A stretch of DNA of 64,000 bases from Candidatus Latescibacterota bacterium. Lineage in GTDB: Bacteria > Latescibacterota > UBA2968 > UBA8231. Positions 27,768 through 38,159 of this stretch are shown here, in pieces. Made by a program: the position numbers and the translations under genes. Below the pieces are notes generated by a model that saw nothing but the letters and a program-made list of their open reading frames with translations, did no database searches and had not been told where the DNA came from. The stretch covers positions 32,001-96,000 of the forward strand of contig CBDAOB010000004.1 of NCBI GenBank assembly GCA_965197905.1, written 5' to 3'. Position 1 is the stretch's first letter. The number at the start of each line of letters is the position of its first letter.

Positions 27768-29545
27768 TGTACACGCGTCTGGAGGGTATCGCCGCCTCCC
27801 CCGGGGTCGGGATCGGCCGCGCCTTCATCTTCAACAAGGAGATGCCGCGGATTTCGGAGCGACGGATCCCCGCGAACCAGGTGGAGGTCGAGGTAGAGCG
27901 GTTCCGCAATACCCTGCGCCAAGCCGGGGACGAGATTCGTCGAACCCGGCGTATGGTGGAGATGGAACATGGCGCTGAGCTGGCGCAGATCTTCGACGCA
28001 CAGCTTTTGATGCTGCAGGACTCCCACGTTCTACGCCACACCATCTCCCTGATCCGCGATCAGCGCTATTCCGCCCAACGGGCGTTCTCACAATCCTTAG
28101 AACAGATGAAGAACACCTTCGAAGGTATCGAGAACGAATACCTGCGCGCTCGCCTGAGCGATGTACTGGATATCGAAAGCCAAGTCCTCATTCGGTTGGG
28201 AGGGGGCGAGTTGCAGGCACTGCGAGCCGTGCGGGCAAACACCGTGGTTGTCATTCACGAGCTCCTGCCGTCCGAATCGGTGCAGTTGGGCGGAAGGCTA
28301 GTAAAGGGCCTCGTCACCGAGGTGGGCGGCGCGACTTCGCATGCCAGCATCATTACCCGATCCATGCTATTGCCGGCTGTGGTCGGCACCAAGAGCGGGT
28401 GCTCCGAGATAAAATCAGGTGACCTGGTGATCGTAGATGGGACCCAGGGTGTCGTCCACGTGAACCCCGAAGCCGACATCGTGCGTTATTACCGCGGCGA
28501 GCTGCGACGGCAGCTTCGCCGCGAGCGCGATCTCAGCTCCAGGCGTGAGCTTCCGGCGGTCACGCGGGACGAGTGTGAGATCGTGTTGATGGCCAATATC
28601 GACGTCCCCAATGAGATTCAATTAGCCATCGACAACGGCGCCCGTGGAGTGGGCATGTACCGGACCGAGTTTCTGTATCAAGGGTATAGGCTCCCCACCG
28701 AAGAGGAGCAACTGGAGGCGTACAGCGAGATCGTCGAAGCCCTGGCGCCGAATCCTGTTATCATTCGCACTATCGATCTTGGGGGCGACAAGCTAGCGCA
28801 CGCGCTGGATGTCGTACCCGAGGCGAATCCCTTCCTCGGTTGGAGGGGAATTCGGATATGTCTAGATACGCCCGACCTGTTCAGTTGTCAGCTACGGGCT
28901 TTGTTGCGGGCGGGCGTTCACGGCGAGGTACAGATCCTGTTCCCCATGATTTCTGGCTTTGACGAGCTGCAACGGGCTCGCGCTGCGCTGGAAGCCGTCA
29001 AGTACGAGCTTCGAGCCGAAGGCCTTCCCTTCCAAGAAGAGGTAAAGGTTGGAGTCATGATCGAGGTGCCGTCGGTTGCCCTGATGGCGGACCGATTCGC
29101 CCGCGAAGTCGATTTTTTCAGTCTCGGAACCAACGATCTTACGCAGTACGCGCTGGCGGTGGATCGCGGTACTGCGAGGGTGGCGGACCTTTACGATCCT
29201 TTCCATCCCGCCGTTCTAAAGCTCATGAAAATGGTCGCGGATACGGGTGCCGAGCATAAAACCCCGGTCAGTATCTGCGGTGAGCTGGCGGGAGATCCCC
29301 GCGCGGTTCTCCTCCTCGTCGGGTTGGGGCTGGAAATCCTAAGCATAAGTCCCGGCTTGATCCCGGAGGTAAAAGAGGTGATACGTGCGGGCAGTCAGGA
29401 AGAAGCCAAACAGTTGGCGGAGGAATGTCTGGCAATGGAAACGGGTAAAAAAGTGCGCCGCTTCCTCGACGAAGAGATGGCGAAATACCTCGAGAACGTC
29501 CCCTTTTCGAAGTCGCCGAACGACACCGAATCCGAGCTCAACTGA
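27767..29545 (+). CDS. ptsI: PEP-protein phosphotransferase (PTS enzyme I)
   Basis: GGATSHASI, GVGMYRTEFL, NPFLGWRGIR, GTNDLTQY and ICGELAGD. Confidence 0.97.
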   Translation: MYTRLEGIAASPGVGIGRAFIFNKEMPRISERRIPANQVEVEVERFRNTLRQAGDEIRRTRRMVEMEHGAELAQIFDAQLLMLQDSHVLRHTISLIRDQRYSAQRAFSQSLEQMKNTFEGIENEYLRARLSDVLDIESQVLIRLGGGELQALRAVRANTVVVIHELLPSESVQLGGRLVKGLVTEVGGATSHASIITRSMLLPAVVGTKSGCSEIKSGDLVIVDGTQGVVHVNPEADIVRYYRGELRRQLRRERDLSSRRELPAVTRDECEIVLMANIDVPNEIQLAIDNGARGVGMYRTEFLYQGYRLPTEEEQLEAYSEIVEALAPNPVIIRTIDLGGDKLAHALDVVPEANPFLGWRGIRICLDTPDLFSCQLRALLRAGVHGEVQILFPMISGFDELQRARAALEAVKYELRAEGLPFQEEVKVGVMIEVPSVALMADRFAREVDFFSLGTNDLTQYALAVDRGTARVADLYDPFHPAVLKLMKMVADTGAEHKTPVSICGELAGDPRAVLLLVGLGLEILSISPGLIPEVKEVIRAGSQEEAKQLAEECLAMETGKKVRRFLDEEMAKYLENVPFSKSPNDTESELN

Positions 29546-30543
29546 TGGCAGCTGGCACAGATCGGATTTGGGCTGTGATACCGGTTGCGGGCTCGGGTAA
29601 ACGCCTGCGTCCCCATACCTACACACGTCCCAAGCCGCTACTGCACGTTGCAGGTCAGCCAATCATTGGGCATATTTTGGACCAACTTGCGCGATTGGGC
29701 GTGAGCAAAATCGTGCTCGTTGTAGGGTACATGGGCGAGCTGATCGTGGATTACGTCCGCGCGCGTGACGACTTCGAGGTCGTCGAGAGCGTGCCGCAGC
29801 CAGAGCAACTAGGGCTGGGCCACGCCACACTGCTTACTCGACCCGTCGTCGGCGGCGATCCGATGATGATCGTCTACGGTGATACCATCTTCGAATGCGA
29901 TCTGTCAGCGGTCCTCGAGCGCAGCGAAGACGCGACCATCGGCGTGAAACAGGTGGAAGATCCAAGCCGTTTCGGGGTTGTCGTCGAACAGGCTGGCAAG
30001 GTCACCAAGCTGGTGGAAAAACCGGAAACCTTCGTTTCCGACCTGGCGATCGTCGGGGTGAACATGATTGCGCGGAGTGATCTGCTGTTCGACTGTCTGC
30101 AGCAGATGGTCGATAACGACCTTCGCACCCGAGGGGAATATCAGCTGACAGACGGGTTTCAACGAATGGTGGAGAGAGGCGCAGATCTCGGCTGTTTCAG
30201 CATCGACCATTGGTTCGACTGCGGCACGCAAGAAGCGCTACTGGCCACCAATCGCCACATGCTCCAGGGAAGTACAGCGCCGGACTTCTCCGGTGAGACG
30301 GTGATTTTGCCTCCAGTGCATATCGACTCTTCGGCCGAAATAGCCGGCTCTGTGATCGGTCCATATGTTTCGGTAGGGGCCGGTTCGAAAGTGGCGTCCG
30401 CCATTATTCGCAATTCGATTCTCGGCGAGCAGGCCACGGTAAAAGACGTCATCTTGGAAAACTCGATCGTTGGATTCCAAGCGGCGGTCGTTGGTTCGGC
30501 AAGCAGCCTGAACGTCGGCGATCTGTCGGAGATTCGCCATTGA
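29545..30543 (+). CDS. Sugar-phosphate nucleotidyltransferase (long glucose-1-phosphate thymidylyltransferase type)
   Basis: AGSGKRLRPHTYTRPKPLL, LVEKP, RGEYQLTD and a C-terminal hexapeptide region. Confidence 0.88.
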   Translation: MAAGTDRIWAVIPVAGSGKRLRPHTYTRPKPLLHVAGQPIIGHILDQLARLGVSKIVLVVGYMGELIVDYVRARDDFEVVESVPQPEQLGLGHATLLTRPVVGGDPMMIVYGDTIFECDLSAVLERSEDATIGVKQVEDPSRFGVVVEQAGKVTKLVEKPETFVSDLAIVGVNMIARSDLLFDCLQQMVDNDLRTRGEYQLTDGFQRMVERGADLGCFSIDHWFDCGTQEALLATNRHMLQGSTAPDFSGETVILPPVHIDSSAEIAGSVIGPYVSVGAGSKVASAIIRNSILGEQATVKDVILENSIVGFQAAVVGSASSLNVGDLSEIRH

Positions 30544-30584
30544 CCTCAATACTATTCGCAACACTACACTAGCAAGGAGCACTA

Positions 30585-31754
30585 ATGTCGAGATTTCTGT
30601 TTACCTCTGAATCGGTATCGGAGGGTCACCCCGACAAGGTTGCCGACAAGATTTCGGATGCCATCCTGGATGCGATGTTGGTGCAGGACGTCCAATCGAG
30701 GGTCGCCTGCGAAACCCTTGTAACGACCGGACAGGTGGTGGTGGCGGGAGAGGTTACGACCCGCGCCCGAGTCGACATTCAAAAGATCGTCCGCGATACC
30801 ATAAAAGAGATCGGCTACAGCAAACCGGAGTACGGCTTCGACTACCGTTCGTGCGGCATCATGATCGCGTTGGACCAGCAATCCCCCGATATCGCGCAGG
30901 GCGTCGACGAGAGTTCGGGTCTGCACGATGAGCAGGGTGCGGGAGACCAGGGCATGATGTTCGGATACGCATGTCGCGAAACCCCGCAGCTGATGCCGTT
31001 GCCCATTGTGCTCGCTCATCGTTTGCTGCTGGAGCTGGCCCGACTACGCAAGAGAAACAAACTCAAATACCTGCGCCCCGACTCGAAGTCTCAGGTTACG
31101 GTGGAGTACGTCGACGGCAAACCGACGCGGGTTGACACGGTCGTAATCTCGACGCAGCACGACCCCGACGCCGCGCACAGCCGCATCACGCGGGATATTG
31201 TCAGCGGTCTTATCAAGAAAGTGATCCCATCAAGGTATCTCGACAGGGACACGATTTATCACGTTAACCCTACCGGTAGATTCGTCGTGGGCGGGCCGCA
31301 CGGGGATTGCGGTCTAACAGGTCGCAAGATTATCGTGGACACCTATGGGGGCATGTGCCCACATGGTGGGGGCGCGTTCTCCGGAAAAGACCCGTCAAAG
31401 GTGGATCGTAGCGCCCACTACATGGCGCGATATATGGCCAAGAATATCGTGGCGGCACAACTTGCTTCACGATGCCAGGTTCAATTGGCTTATGCGATCG
31501 GAGTGGCGCAGCCAGTTTCCATCCTGGTAGATACTTATGGAACGGGCAAGCTTGAGGATGAGAAGATCGCCGAGGTGGCCACCGAGGTCTTCGATTTGAC
31601 GCCGAAAGGCATCATCAAGACGCTCAAGCTTCGTCGCCCGATCTATGGGGAAACAGCTGCTTACGGACATTTCGGCCGCAGCGGTGACGGATTCACCTGG
31701 GAGCATACGAACAAAGCCAAAACCTTGAAACGGTTGGCCGCTGCCGCCCGGTAA
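30585..31754 (+). CDS. metK: S-adenosylmethionine synthase
   Basis: [33 protein letters not shown] and [16 protein letters not shown]. Confidence 0.99.
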   Translation: MSRFLFTSESVSEGHPDKVADKISDAILDAMLVQDVQSRVACETLVTTGQVVVAGEVTTRARVDIQKIVRDTIKEIGYSKPEYGFDYRSCGIMIALDQQSPDIAQGVDESSGLHDEQGAGDQGMMFGYACRETPQLMPLPIVLAHRLLLELARLRKRNKLKYLRPDSKSQVTVEYVDGKPTRVDTVVISTQHDPDAAHSRITRDIVSGLIKKVIPSRYLDRDTIYHVNPTGRFVVGGPHGDCGLTGRKIIVDTYGGMCPHGGGAFSGKDPSKVDRSAHYMARYMAKNIVAAQLASRCQVQLAYAIGVAQPVSILVDTYGTGKLEDEKIAEVATEVFDLTPKGIIKTLKLRRPIYGETAAYGHFGRSGDGFTWEHTNKAKTLKRLAAAAR

Positions 31755-31910
31755 TTTCGACGAATTGCGTGTTGCGTGCAGGCCAAGTCTGGCTCTTTCG
31801 CCGCCGGCGCCTTCGGACCGTAAGAAAGGTGTTCCGGCAGTGTCCACAAAATCATATATTATCCAGCCACATTCTCGGACTCACGATTAGTATCCGAAAG
31901 GAGACGCACC

Positions 31911-33944
31911 ATGGGCAGGGCGCTACGCTCCTGGGTTCCGCGGCTCTGGAAGACACTGGGCTCGGGAGGTTTAGGCCTCCTTGCCTGCTTGTTGATACAG
32001 TGCACGGTGAAACAACCCCAGGTGCCCAGTACGGAGTTTACCGTCAGCATTCCCGTTGCCGACGACCTCACCACCATAGAAGATGTCGCCGCTGATCGCT
32101 CCGAGTTCCTGAACATCACCGGCGACGGCCGCATGGCCCTCGATTTCAGCACGGACGAAGCACAGCGAGAAATAGTGGGTGAGCGGCTGACGATCAGAAC
32201 CACCGAAACCGCCTTCAGTAGCGAGATCCCAGATATCGACATCCAGCTACCGGCGATTCCAGGAGCATCCATTCCCATTCCGTTGCCTTCAACCGGAGGT
32301 CAGGCGGTGGAAGTGGAATCTCTGGAAATCGAAGGGTCAGAGACGATAGACACCGGAGTCGGGGACCCGCTGGTCGTTTCTCGAGGCTTGCTCGACGTTA
32401 CCGTAACTAACGGTCTCCCGCTGGGTATGGAGACCTTCGAGCTGACCTTGTTCGGAGGCACGGCGACCTTCACCAATCTGCCGGCGGGAGAAAGCGCTAC
32501 CGAGCAAATCCCGTTGGACAATACAACCATCGGCGATCAGATCGAGATCGGTTTCGAACTAGAAACTATCACGGAAACGGTGGCCATCTCTGGACCAGGC
32601 ACCATCGAAATCGATCTGCAATTCGTCGAGCTCTTCGTGCTTATTCCGCCACAAGACTTCGGAATACCCGAGTCTGCCATCGAGATTCCGACTGAGCAGA
32701 TTGCCGTCCAGACCGCCACCTTCTCCAAGGGCCGTCTCGATTTCGATATCACCAACAACACGAATCTGGGGATTGGCAAGCTCGATCTCACCATGCGCGA
32801 GCTGCGACGAGCCAACGGTGAAAGCGTGCGATTTGGCATCGACCAGCCACTGTCGGCAAGTGCTACGGCAATTGCTTCCACCGGGGATTTGACCAACGCC
32901 GAATTCCGACCCGACAATCCTTCGGCGTTGCTCATGTCGTTCGAGGGCGCAACGGACACGCTCGAGGTGGGGGTGCCGTTCGTTAGTCGCAACAACACGA
33001 TCGACGTCGTCGCCCGTACCGACAGCTTCATCTTCGGCCAGGTTACCGGCACTATCAACCGTATCCGCATGCCGATCGACTCGCTGGCCACCTCGGTTGA
33101 CTTCCCGGAGGGTTTGGACGAGGTGGCTATCGATCGGGCCACGGCCCAGGTTTTCCTGCAATCTGCGGTAAATCTGCAAAGCTCGATCAATATCAGGATC
33201 AGGGGAACCAATAAAGGCGGCAATACCGAGGTCGTGAACATCGACGCCGTGTTCGATCGCGGCACCCCGGATGCGCCCAACCCCGAGACGATCGAGATCG
33301 ATCCCGCTCAGCTGCGGACGTTCCTCAATAATCTACCTACGGACATCGCGGTTTTCCCCGAGGTATTTATCGGTAGTGGAGATCCCGGTGAGTCCATCGC
33401 GGCGGATCACTGGGTGCAAATCGATAGCGTCATATTCAACGCGCCGGCCCGCTTCGAAATTCAGAACGACACCCAGATTCAACCCGACCCCGAATTGCAA
33501 AATCTGGAGGATGAAGAAGCCCGGCAGCGCATTTGCGACAATCTCGTCAGCGCATCCGTGTTCACCAACATTGAAAACCATTTGCCTATCGGGATTCGAG
33601 TGCGGTTGATGGTGTCGCCCAACCGGGCAGAGGTCTACACCAATCCGGTCCTCACCATTCCCGGCGCCGGTCAGGAGCCGTTCAAGGTGCCGGCGGCTCC
33701 CGTCGACGAGAACGGTCGCGTTACCCGAAGCCAGTTCGAACCCGCCCAGGGTGAGCCTGCCCGCGACGTAACGCTTACCAAAGACGACGTTCTCGTCTTT
33801 CTGCAACCCGGTGGAGTTTGGACCGGTGTTTTGGTCGAACTAGACGCGACCGGCGGAACGGTCGAGCTCTTCGCCACCGACTTCGTCAAGGTGCAAGCTG
33901 CCGGACGAGTGATTATGGAACTCAATGAAGACCTGGTTAAGTAA
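31911..33944 (+). CDS. Hypothetical beta-rich acidic lipoprotein
   Basis: 677 aa; hydrophobic stretch ending LIQC; beta-strand periodicity. Confidence 0.75.
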   Translation: MGRALRSWVPRLWKTLGSGGLGLLACLLIQCTVKQPQVPSTEFTVSIPVADDLTTIEDVAADRSEFLNITGDGRMALDFSTDEAQREIVGERLTIRTTETAFSSEIPDIDIQLPAIPGASIPIPLPSTGGQAVEVESLEIEGSETIDTGVGDPLVVSRGLLDVTVTNGLPLGMETFELTLFGGTATFTNLPAGESATEQIPLDNTTIGDQIEIGFELETITETVAISGPGTIEIDLQFVELFVLIPPQDFGIPESAIEIPTEQIAVQTATFSKGRLDFDITNNTNLGIGKLDLTMRELRRANGESVRFGIDQPLSASATAIASTGDLTNAEFRPDNPSALLMSFEGATDTLEVGVPFVSRNNTIDVVARTDSFIFGQVTGTINRIRMPIDSLATSVDFPEGLDEVAIDRATAQVFLQSAVNLQSSINIRIRGTNKGGNTEVVNIDAVFDRGTPDAPNPETIEIDPAQLRTFLNNLPTDIAVFPEVFIGSGDPGESIAADHWVQIDSVIFNAPARFEIQNDTQIQPDPELQNLEDEEARQRICDNLVSASVFTNIENHLPIGIRVRLMVSPNRAEVYTNPVLTIPGAGQEPFKVPAAPVDENGRVTRSQFEPAQGEPARDVTLTKDDVLVFLQPGGVWTGVLVELDATGGTVELFATDFVKVQAAGRVIMELNEDLVK

Positions 33945-33960
33945 GGGACGAGGAAATATC

Positions 33961-35441
33961 ATGAAAACAGTTAGACATCTGGTCGTCGCCGCGCTCTTGC
34001 TGGCGAGCGTTCCATCTTTCGCTGTCATGCGCGACACCGATCCCAGAGCCATGGCCCTGGGCCAGGCTTACACGGCGTTAGCGCGAGGCCCCGAGGCCGT
34101 ATTCTGGAACCCGGCAAATCTCGCCCTTAGCGACAGTCCGAGCTTCTCTTGGAACCTGGTTGGAGTGGGTTTTTCGCTCATCACCGAGAACAACAGCTTC
34201 TCCATCTCCACTTACAACGACAACTTTACCGAATCGAACGACTCCGTATCTCCAACCAGAGGGACCCTGTATTACATCAGCGACCAAGACAAGGACGACA
34301 TTCTTGCCGATATCCCCAGCGAGGGTTTGAAGATGAACGTGGAGGTGGAGCCCTTTCTGGCCCTGGGGATTCCGATCAACGGCGGCGTAGCATTCCCCAT
34401 GCCCTGGGGTGTGAAGTCTGCGGTGGCCATCGGCTTCTCCACCGGATTCGAAGGGGAGATCCCTAAGGATGTGTTCGAGATCTTTCTTCGCGGCAACGAG
34501 TTCGATTTCGCCCGGGAGCAAGCCAACAGGTCGCCAAACTACGATATCGCTGACTGGGACGGTTCAGGCTGGGCGCTGGGCAGTTTGAACATCGCCGGCG
34601 CCAAGGCGTTGATGCCGGCCCAACTGAAGCCGTATCTGAGCGAGTTCACCGTAGGAGCGACGCTCAAGTTTGTAGGCGGTGCCTACGGTGAAGTGGTAAA
34701 GTCAGGAGGTACCGGGCTGATTTCGAGGCTGGAGGGTACCGACGTAGACATGTTCGTATTGACCCAGAACGGTGGAGGCGGTGGGGTAGGTCTGGATTTC
34801 GGGGTTGCCGGCGTTTCCAAGAATCGCAAGATAACGGGAAGCATCGGCGTGCTCAATCTGCTCGACGCCTATTCCTGGAGCACCAGCGTACGCCAAGATT
34901 CCATATTCGTTACTGCGCGAGACCTGCGGGTGCACGGTTCATGGATCCGGACCAACAGAACATCGAGGAGGCCCTCGACAACCCCAAGGAGTGCACCGGT
35001 CCCAATGACCCCACGGGCGTGGAATATTCGCAAGATTGTACCGGCGATGTCGTATTTCAGGATAAGCAGGGAGAAGAGAGCTTTTCCCGCTCGCTGCCGG
35101 CCATGCTGCGCATCGGCGGTGCTTACCGGTTGATGCCGAAGCTAACGCTCGTGGGGAACTACGACCAAGCGTTCACCGATGGTTTCGGAATAACATCGAC
35201 ACCGCGACTGTCCGCCGGAGCCGAATATCGGCTGGTGCAATGGTTTTCGTCCAGGGCTGGGATTTCGCTGGGCGGCCGCAGCAACGCCTCCTCGATCGGC
35301 ATTGCCTTCGGTCCGTTCAAGGTCTGGCACACGCAACTGGAGCTGATGGACCTGGCGTTGGTCACCAGAGGTGGATTCTTCCCGGGCATTTCGAAAGGCA
35401 CGGCGATCTCGCTCCAACTATTCAGATTTAGCTTGATATAG
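33961..35441 (+). CDS. Outer-membrane beta-barrel (DUF5723/PorV/FadL-like), frameshifted near 34930
   Basis: Signal peptide and RAMALGQAYTALARGPEAVFWNPANLA; continues in the 34941..35441 frame (LPAMLRIGGAY, GAEYR). Confidence 0.7.
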
Positions 35442-35511
35442 AGCCCGGCGCGTAGAGCCCGGCGTAGGTCTATTTTGTAGAGTTTAGCGCATAAAAATCG
35501 TCAAAACAGAG

Positions 35512-35541
35512 AGAGGTCGGCAAAGCCGGCCTCTTTTTTTT
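35512..35541 (+). terminator. Intrinsic terminator
   Basis: AGAGGTCGGC-AAA-GCCGGCCTCT followed by a T run. Confidence 0.85.
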
Positions 35542-35571
35542 GTCAGAACTCGAAATTCTCGAAAAAAACCG

Positions 35572-35599
35572 CTACAGAATATTAAGTCGGGGTCGATAA
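35572..35599 (+). promoter_or_regulatory. Putative sigma-28 (FliA/SigD) promoter
   Basis: CTACA-N15-GTCGATAA against the consensus (C)TAAA-N15-GCCGATAA. Confidence 0.55.
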
Positions 35600-35654
35600 G
35601 AGGGAGGAGGGGTACTTCATTCTTCCCAAAACCGCTCAACAAGGAGGAGCACTA

Positions 35655-36224
35655 ATGCAAGTCGGGACCACTCAGAGCCAGAGCCTGATTGCTTCAGTAA
35701 GCGTTTCATTCACCAGCATGACGGCAACTAAACAGGTGCAGACCGCGGGAGCCTCACCTGTTGCCGATATTCTGGAAGTAGGAGGAAAGGTCGAAGCCGA
35801 TTTCGCACAAACAGTTCTGCGCAATTCGGTCGAGGAGAGCATGACGGCTGCTTTCGAAGCAGCTGGGATCGACCTTTCCGTCGAAAGCTTGAAAGCTTCC
35901 GAGGCGGATCACTCCCCATCCGCCACCGCCAAGCTAATCGTCGATTTCGCCGTTGGATTTTTCGCTCAGTTCAAAGCAAACCACTCTGAGGAGCCTGGAA
36001 ACACTCAGATAGAGGGTTTTGCCGAACTCGTGAAGGGTGCCGTGGAAGCGGGCTTTAACAACGCCCGCGACATTTTAGGCAAGATTGGCGACATCTCCGG
36101 CGAGATTGAAGCGGATATCGACGAGACCTTCCAGCTAGCCATGAAAGGGATTGACGACTTCGCTGCGGAACAACGCGGAGTGTTGGCCAATCTTGAGGGA
36201 AATGATGAAGTTAGCGTAATATAG
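35655..36224 (+). CDS. DUF5610-like protein
   Basis: AAGGAGG SD; SPSATAKLIVDFAVGFF...VEAGFNNARDILG...IDETF. Confidence 0.7.
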   Translation: MQVGTTQSQSLIASVSVSFTSMTATKQVQTAGASPVADILEVGGKVEADFAQTVLRNSVEESMTAAFEAAGIDLSVESLKASEADHSPSATAKLIVDFAVGFFAQFKANHSEEPGNTQIEGFAELVKGAVEAGFNNARDILGKIGDISGEIEADIDETFQLAMKGIDDFAAEQRGVLANLEGNDEVSVI

Positions 36225-36259
36225 TCGCTTTTCTGGGAAGAACTGCCCCGACTAGACCT

Positions 36260-36289
36260 GGGAGCCGCTTTTGGCGGCTCCCTTTTTTT
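36260..36289 (+). terminator. Intrinsic terminator
   Basis: GGGAGCCGC-TTTTG-GCGGCTCCC-T7. Confidence 0.9.
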
Positions 36290-36468
36290 GTCTACGCTGT
36301 CTGCCAAAATGGCAGGAAACGCCATGTGTGGGCTGATAACCGGTTCGAAATACCCTGAAAAGCTGGTGGTACAGCAATTGCGCCTGTGCAGGACCAGAAG
36401 AGGCCGAGACGCCTACCTATCGGGGACGCCGTTTTCGTAAGGTCAAATCCACCAGCTGGATGCCAGAG

Positions 36469-36494
36469 GGAACCAATATCCAGTACCTTCGTCT
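36469..36494 (+). promoter_or_regulatory. Putative ECF (sigma-E type) promoter for degP
   Basis: GGAAC-N16-CGTCT about 85 nt upstream of an HtrA gene. Confidence 0.45.
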
Positions 36495-36578
36495 TTTTGT
36501 GGTGAACGACACGAAGGTCCCAAGCTTATAAATTCAAATTGAGGAATCACACTTCCAGAAGATCGAAAGGCGACCTCC

Positions 36579-38009
36579 ATGAATAGACCCCTTCTTCTCA
36601 CTCTACTGTCTGCCGCCACCATCTTGGCTGGTGGCATTCCCGCGCACGGTTCCGCCACGAGCAAGCTCGAGCAACTACAGGATCTCAGCGATGCGTTTTC
36701 CGAGTTGGCGGCCAAAGCGAAGCCGGGCGTTGTGGCCTTGATGACCGAACGGAAGGTGAGCGTGGACAATCCGTTTTCCGGCGCCCCTTTCAGATTCCAT
36801 TTCGACACCCCTCGGGGTCGTCAGCCAGGGGAGCGGGAATATCAGCAGGGACAGGGTTCGGGAGTGATCGTCAACTACAACCACGAGAGCTACATCCTCA
36901 CGAATAATCACGTGGTCAAGGGCGCCGAAAAGATCCGCGTCGAAATGACCGATGGCCGATCTTTCGAAGCGACGGTCGTCGGCACCGATCCTAAGACCGA
37001 CATCGCCGTATTGCGACCGAATATTGAGGACCTTCCCTCCGTTCCGCTGGGAGATTCAGATCAAGTCCGCGTCGGGGAATGGGTACTGGCCATCGGTAAT
37101 CCATTCGGCCTGGAGCATACCGTAACCTCGGGGATTATCAGTGCGCTCGGACGCCAGAACGGGCTGTTGCTGCGCCAAGAAGGGTACGAGGATTTTATCC
37201 AGACCGATGCGGCGATCAATCCTGGCAACAGTGGCGGTGCGCTAATCAACCTCAAAGGCGAGCTGGTGGGAATCAACACCGCCATCGTGAGCGGTACCGG
37301 CGGATACCAGGGCATCGGCTTCGCCGTTCCGACCAACATGGTCAGCCACGTCATGCAGAATCTGATCGACTACGGCGAGGTGCGTCGAGGTCTGCTCGGC
37401 GTAATGATCAGGGACCTGGACGACGAAATCGCCCAGGCCATGGGTGCCCGCAAGGGCAGCGGAGTCTTGATCGATATGGTCATTGAGGACGGACCCGCCG
37501 ATGATGCCCGGCTGGAGCACGGCGATATAATTCTGGAGGTCGATGAAAGATCGATGCCGAATGCCGCGACGCTGCGCAATCACATTTCTCAGACTAAACC
37601 GGGAACCGAGGTGGAGTTGTTGATTCTGCGGGATGGAAAAGAGCGCGCCTACCAGGTCGTCCTCGGACAGCTGGAATCGAAATCCGAGGTAGCTGCCGAC
37701 GAGCCCCCGACAAAACGCACGGCCAAGTTAGGGCTTGAGGTGCAAACTCTGAACCAGGAGCTGGCCGAAAGACTAGGTTACGAAAGCGAGCAAGGCGTGA
37801 TCGTGACGCAGGTTGAACGCGGAAGTCCGGCGGCGCGCAAGGGGTTGAGAGGGGGCGATCTCATCATCGAGATCAATCGAGCCACGGTCGCGAATCTGAC
37901 CGAATACGAAGAGGCGATCGACGAGGTGGGACCGGGTGAGGTCATTCTACTCCGGCGCCTGCGCTCGGGCCGAACCTCCTATATTGCTCTGCGGGTTCCA
38001 GACGAGTAG
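36579..38009 (+). CDS. degP: HtrA/DegP/DegQ serine protease with two PDZ domains
   Basis: GSGVI, LTNNHVV, TDIAVL and IQTDAAINPGNSGGAL. Confidence 0.95.
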   Translation: MNRPLLLTLLSAATILAGGIPAHGSATSKLEQLQDLSDAFSELAAKAKPGVVALMTERKVSVDNPFSGAPFRFHFDTPRGRQPGEREYQQGQGSGVIVNYNHESYILTNNHVVKGAEKIRVEMTDGRSFEATVVGTDPKTDIAVLRPNIEDLPSVPLGDSDQVRVGEWVLAIGNPFGLEHTVTSGIISALGRQNGLLLRQEGYEDFIQTDAAINPGNSGGALINLKGELVGINTAIVSGTGGYQGIGFAVPTNMVSHVMQNLIDYGEVRRGLLGVMIRDLDDEIAQAMGARKGSGVLIDMVIEDGPADDARLEHGDIILEVDERSMPNAATLRNHISQTKPGTEVELLILRDGKERAYQVVLGQLESKSEVAADEPPTKRTAKLGLEVQTLNQELAERLGYESEQGVIVTQVERGSPAARKGLRGGDLIIEINRATVANLTEYEEAIDEVGPGEVILLRRLRSGRTSYIALRVPDE

Positions 38010-38089
38010 GAGGAACATGAAGGTAGACCACCTGCTCCAGCACCGGTGCGGGACGGTCTGGAGGAGAGACAAATATTGCAACCACTAAA

Positions 38090-38130
38090 CCCCCGGTGCC
38101 GGCTGAGTTGAGTTCGGCACGGGGGCTTTT
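38090..38130 (+). terminator. Intrinsic terminator
   Basis: CCCCCGGTGCCG...CGGCACGGGGG-CTTTT. Confidence 0.7.
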
Positions 38131-38159
38131 ATGTTAGTGTTGGACGAAAGGTCTCTCAC

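Noticed and set aside
35439..35467. TAGAGCCCGGCG duplicated after the barrel gene
   Set aside because: Two short copies only, not seen elsewhere by eye.
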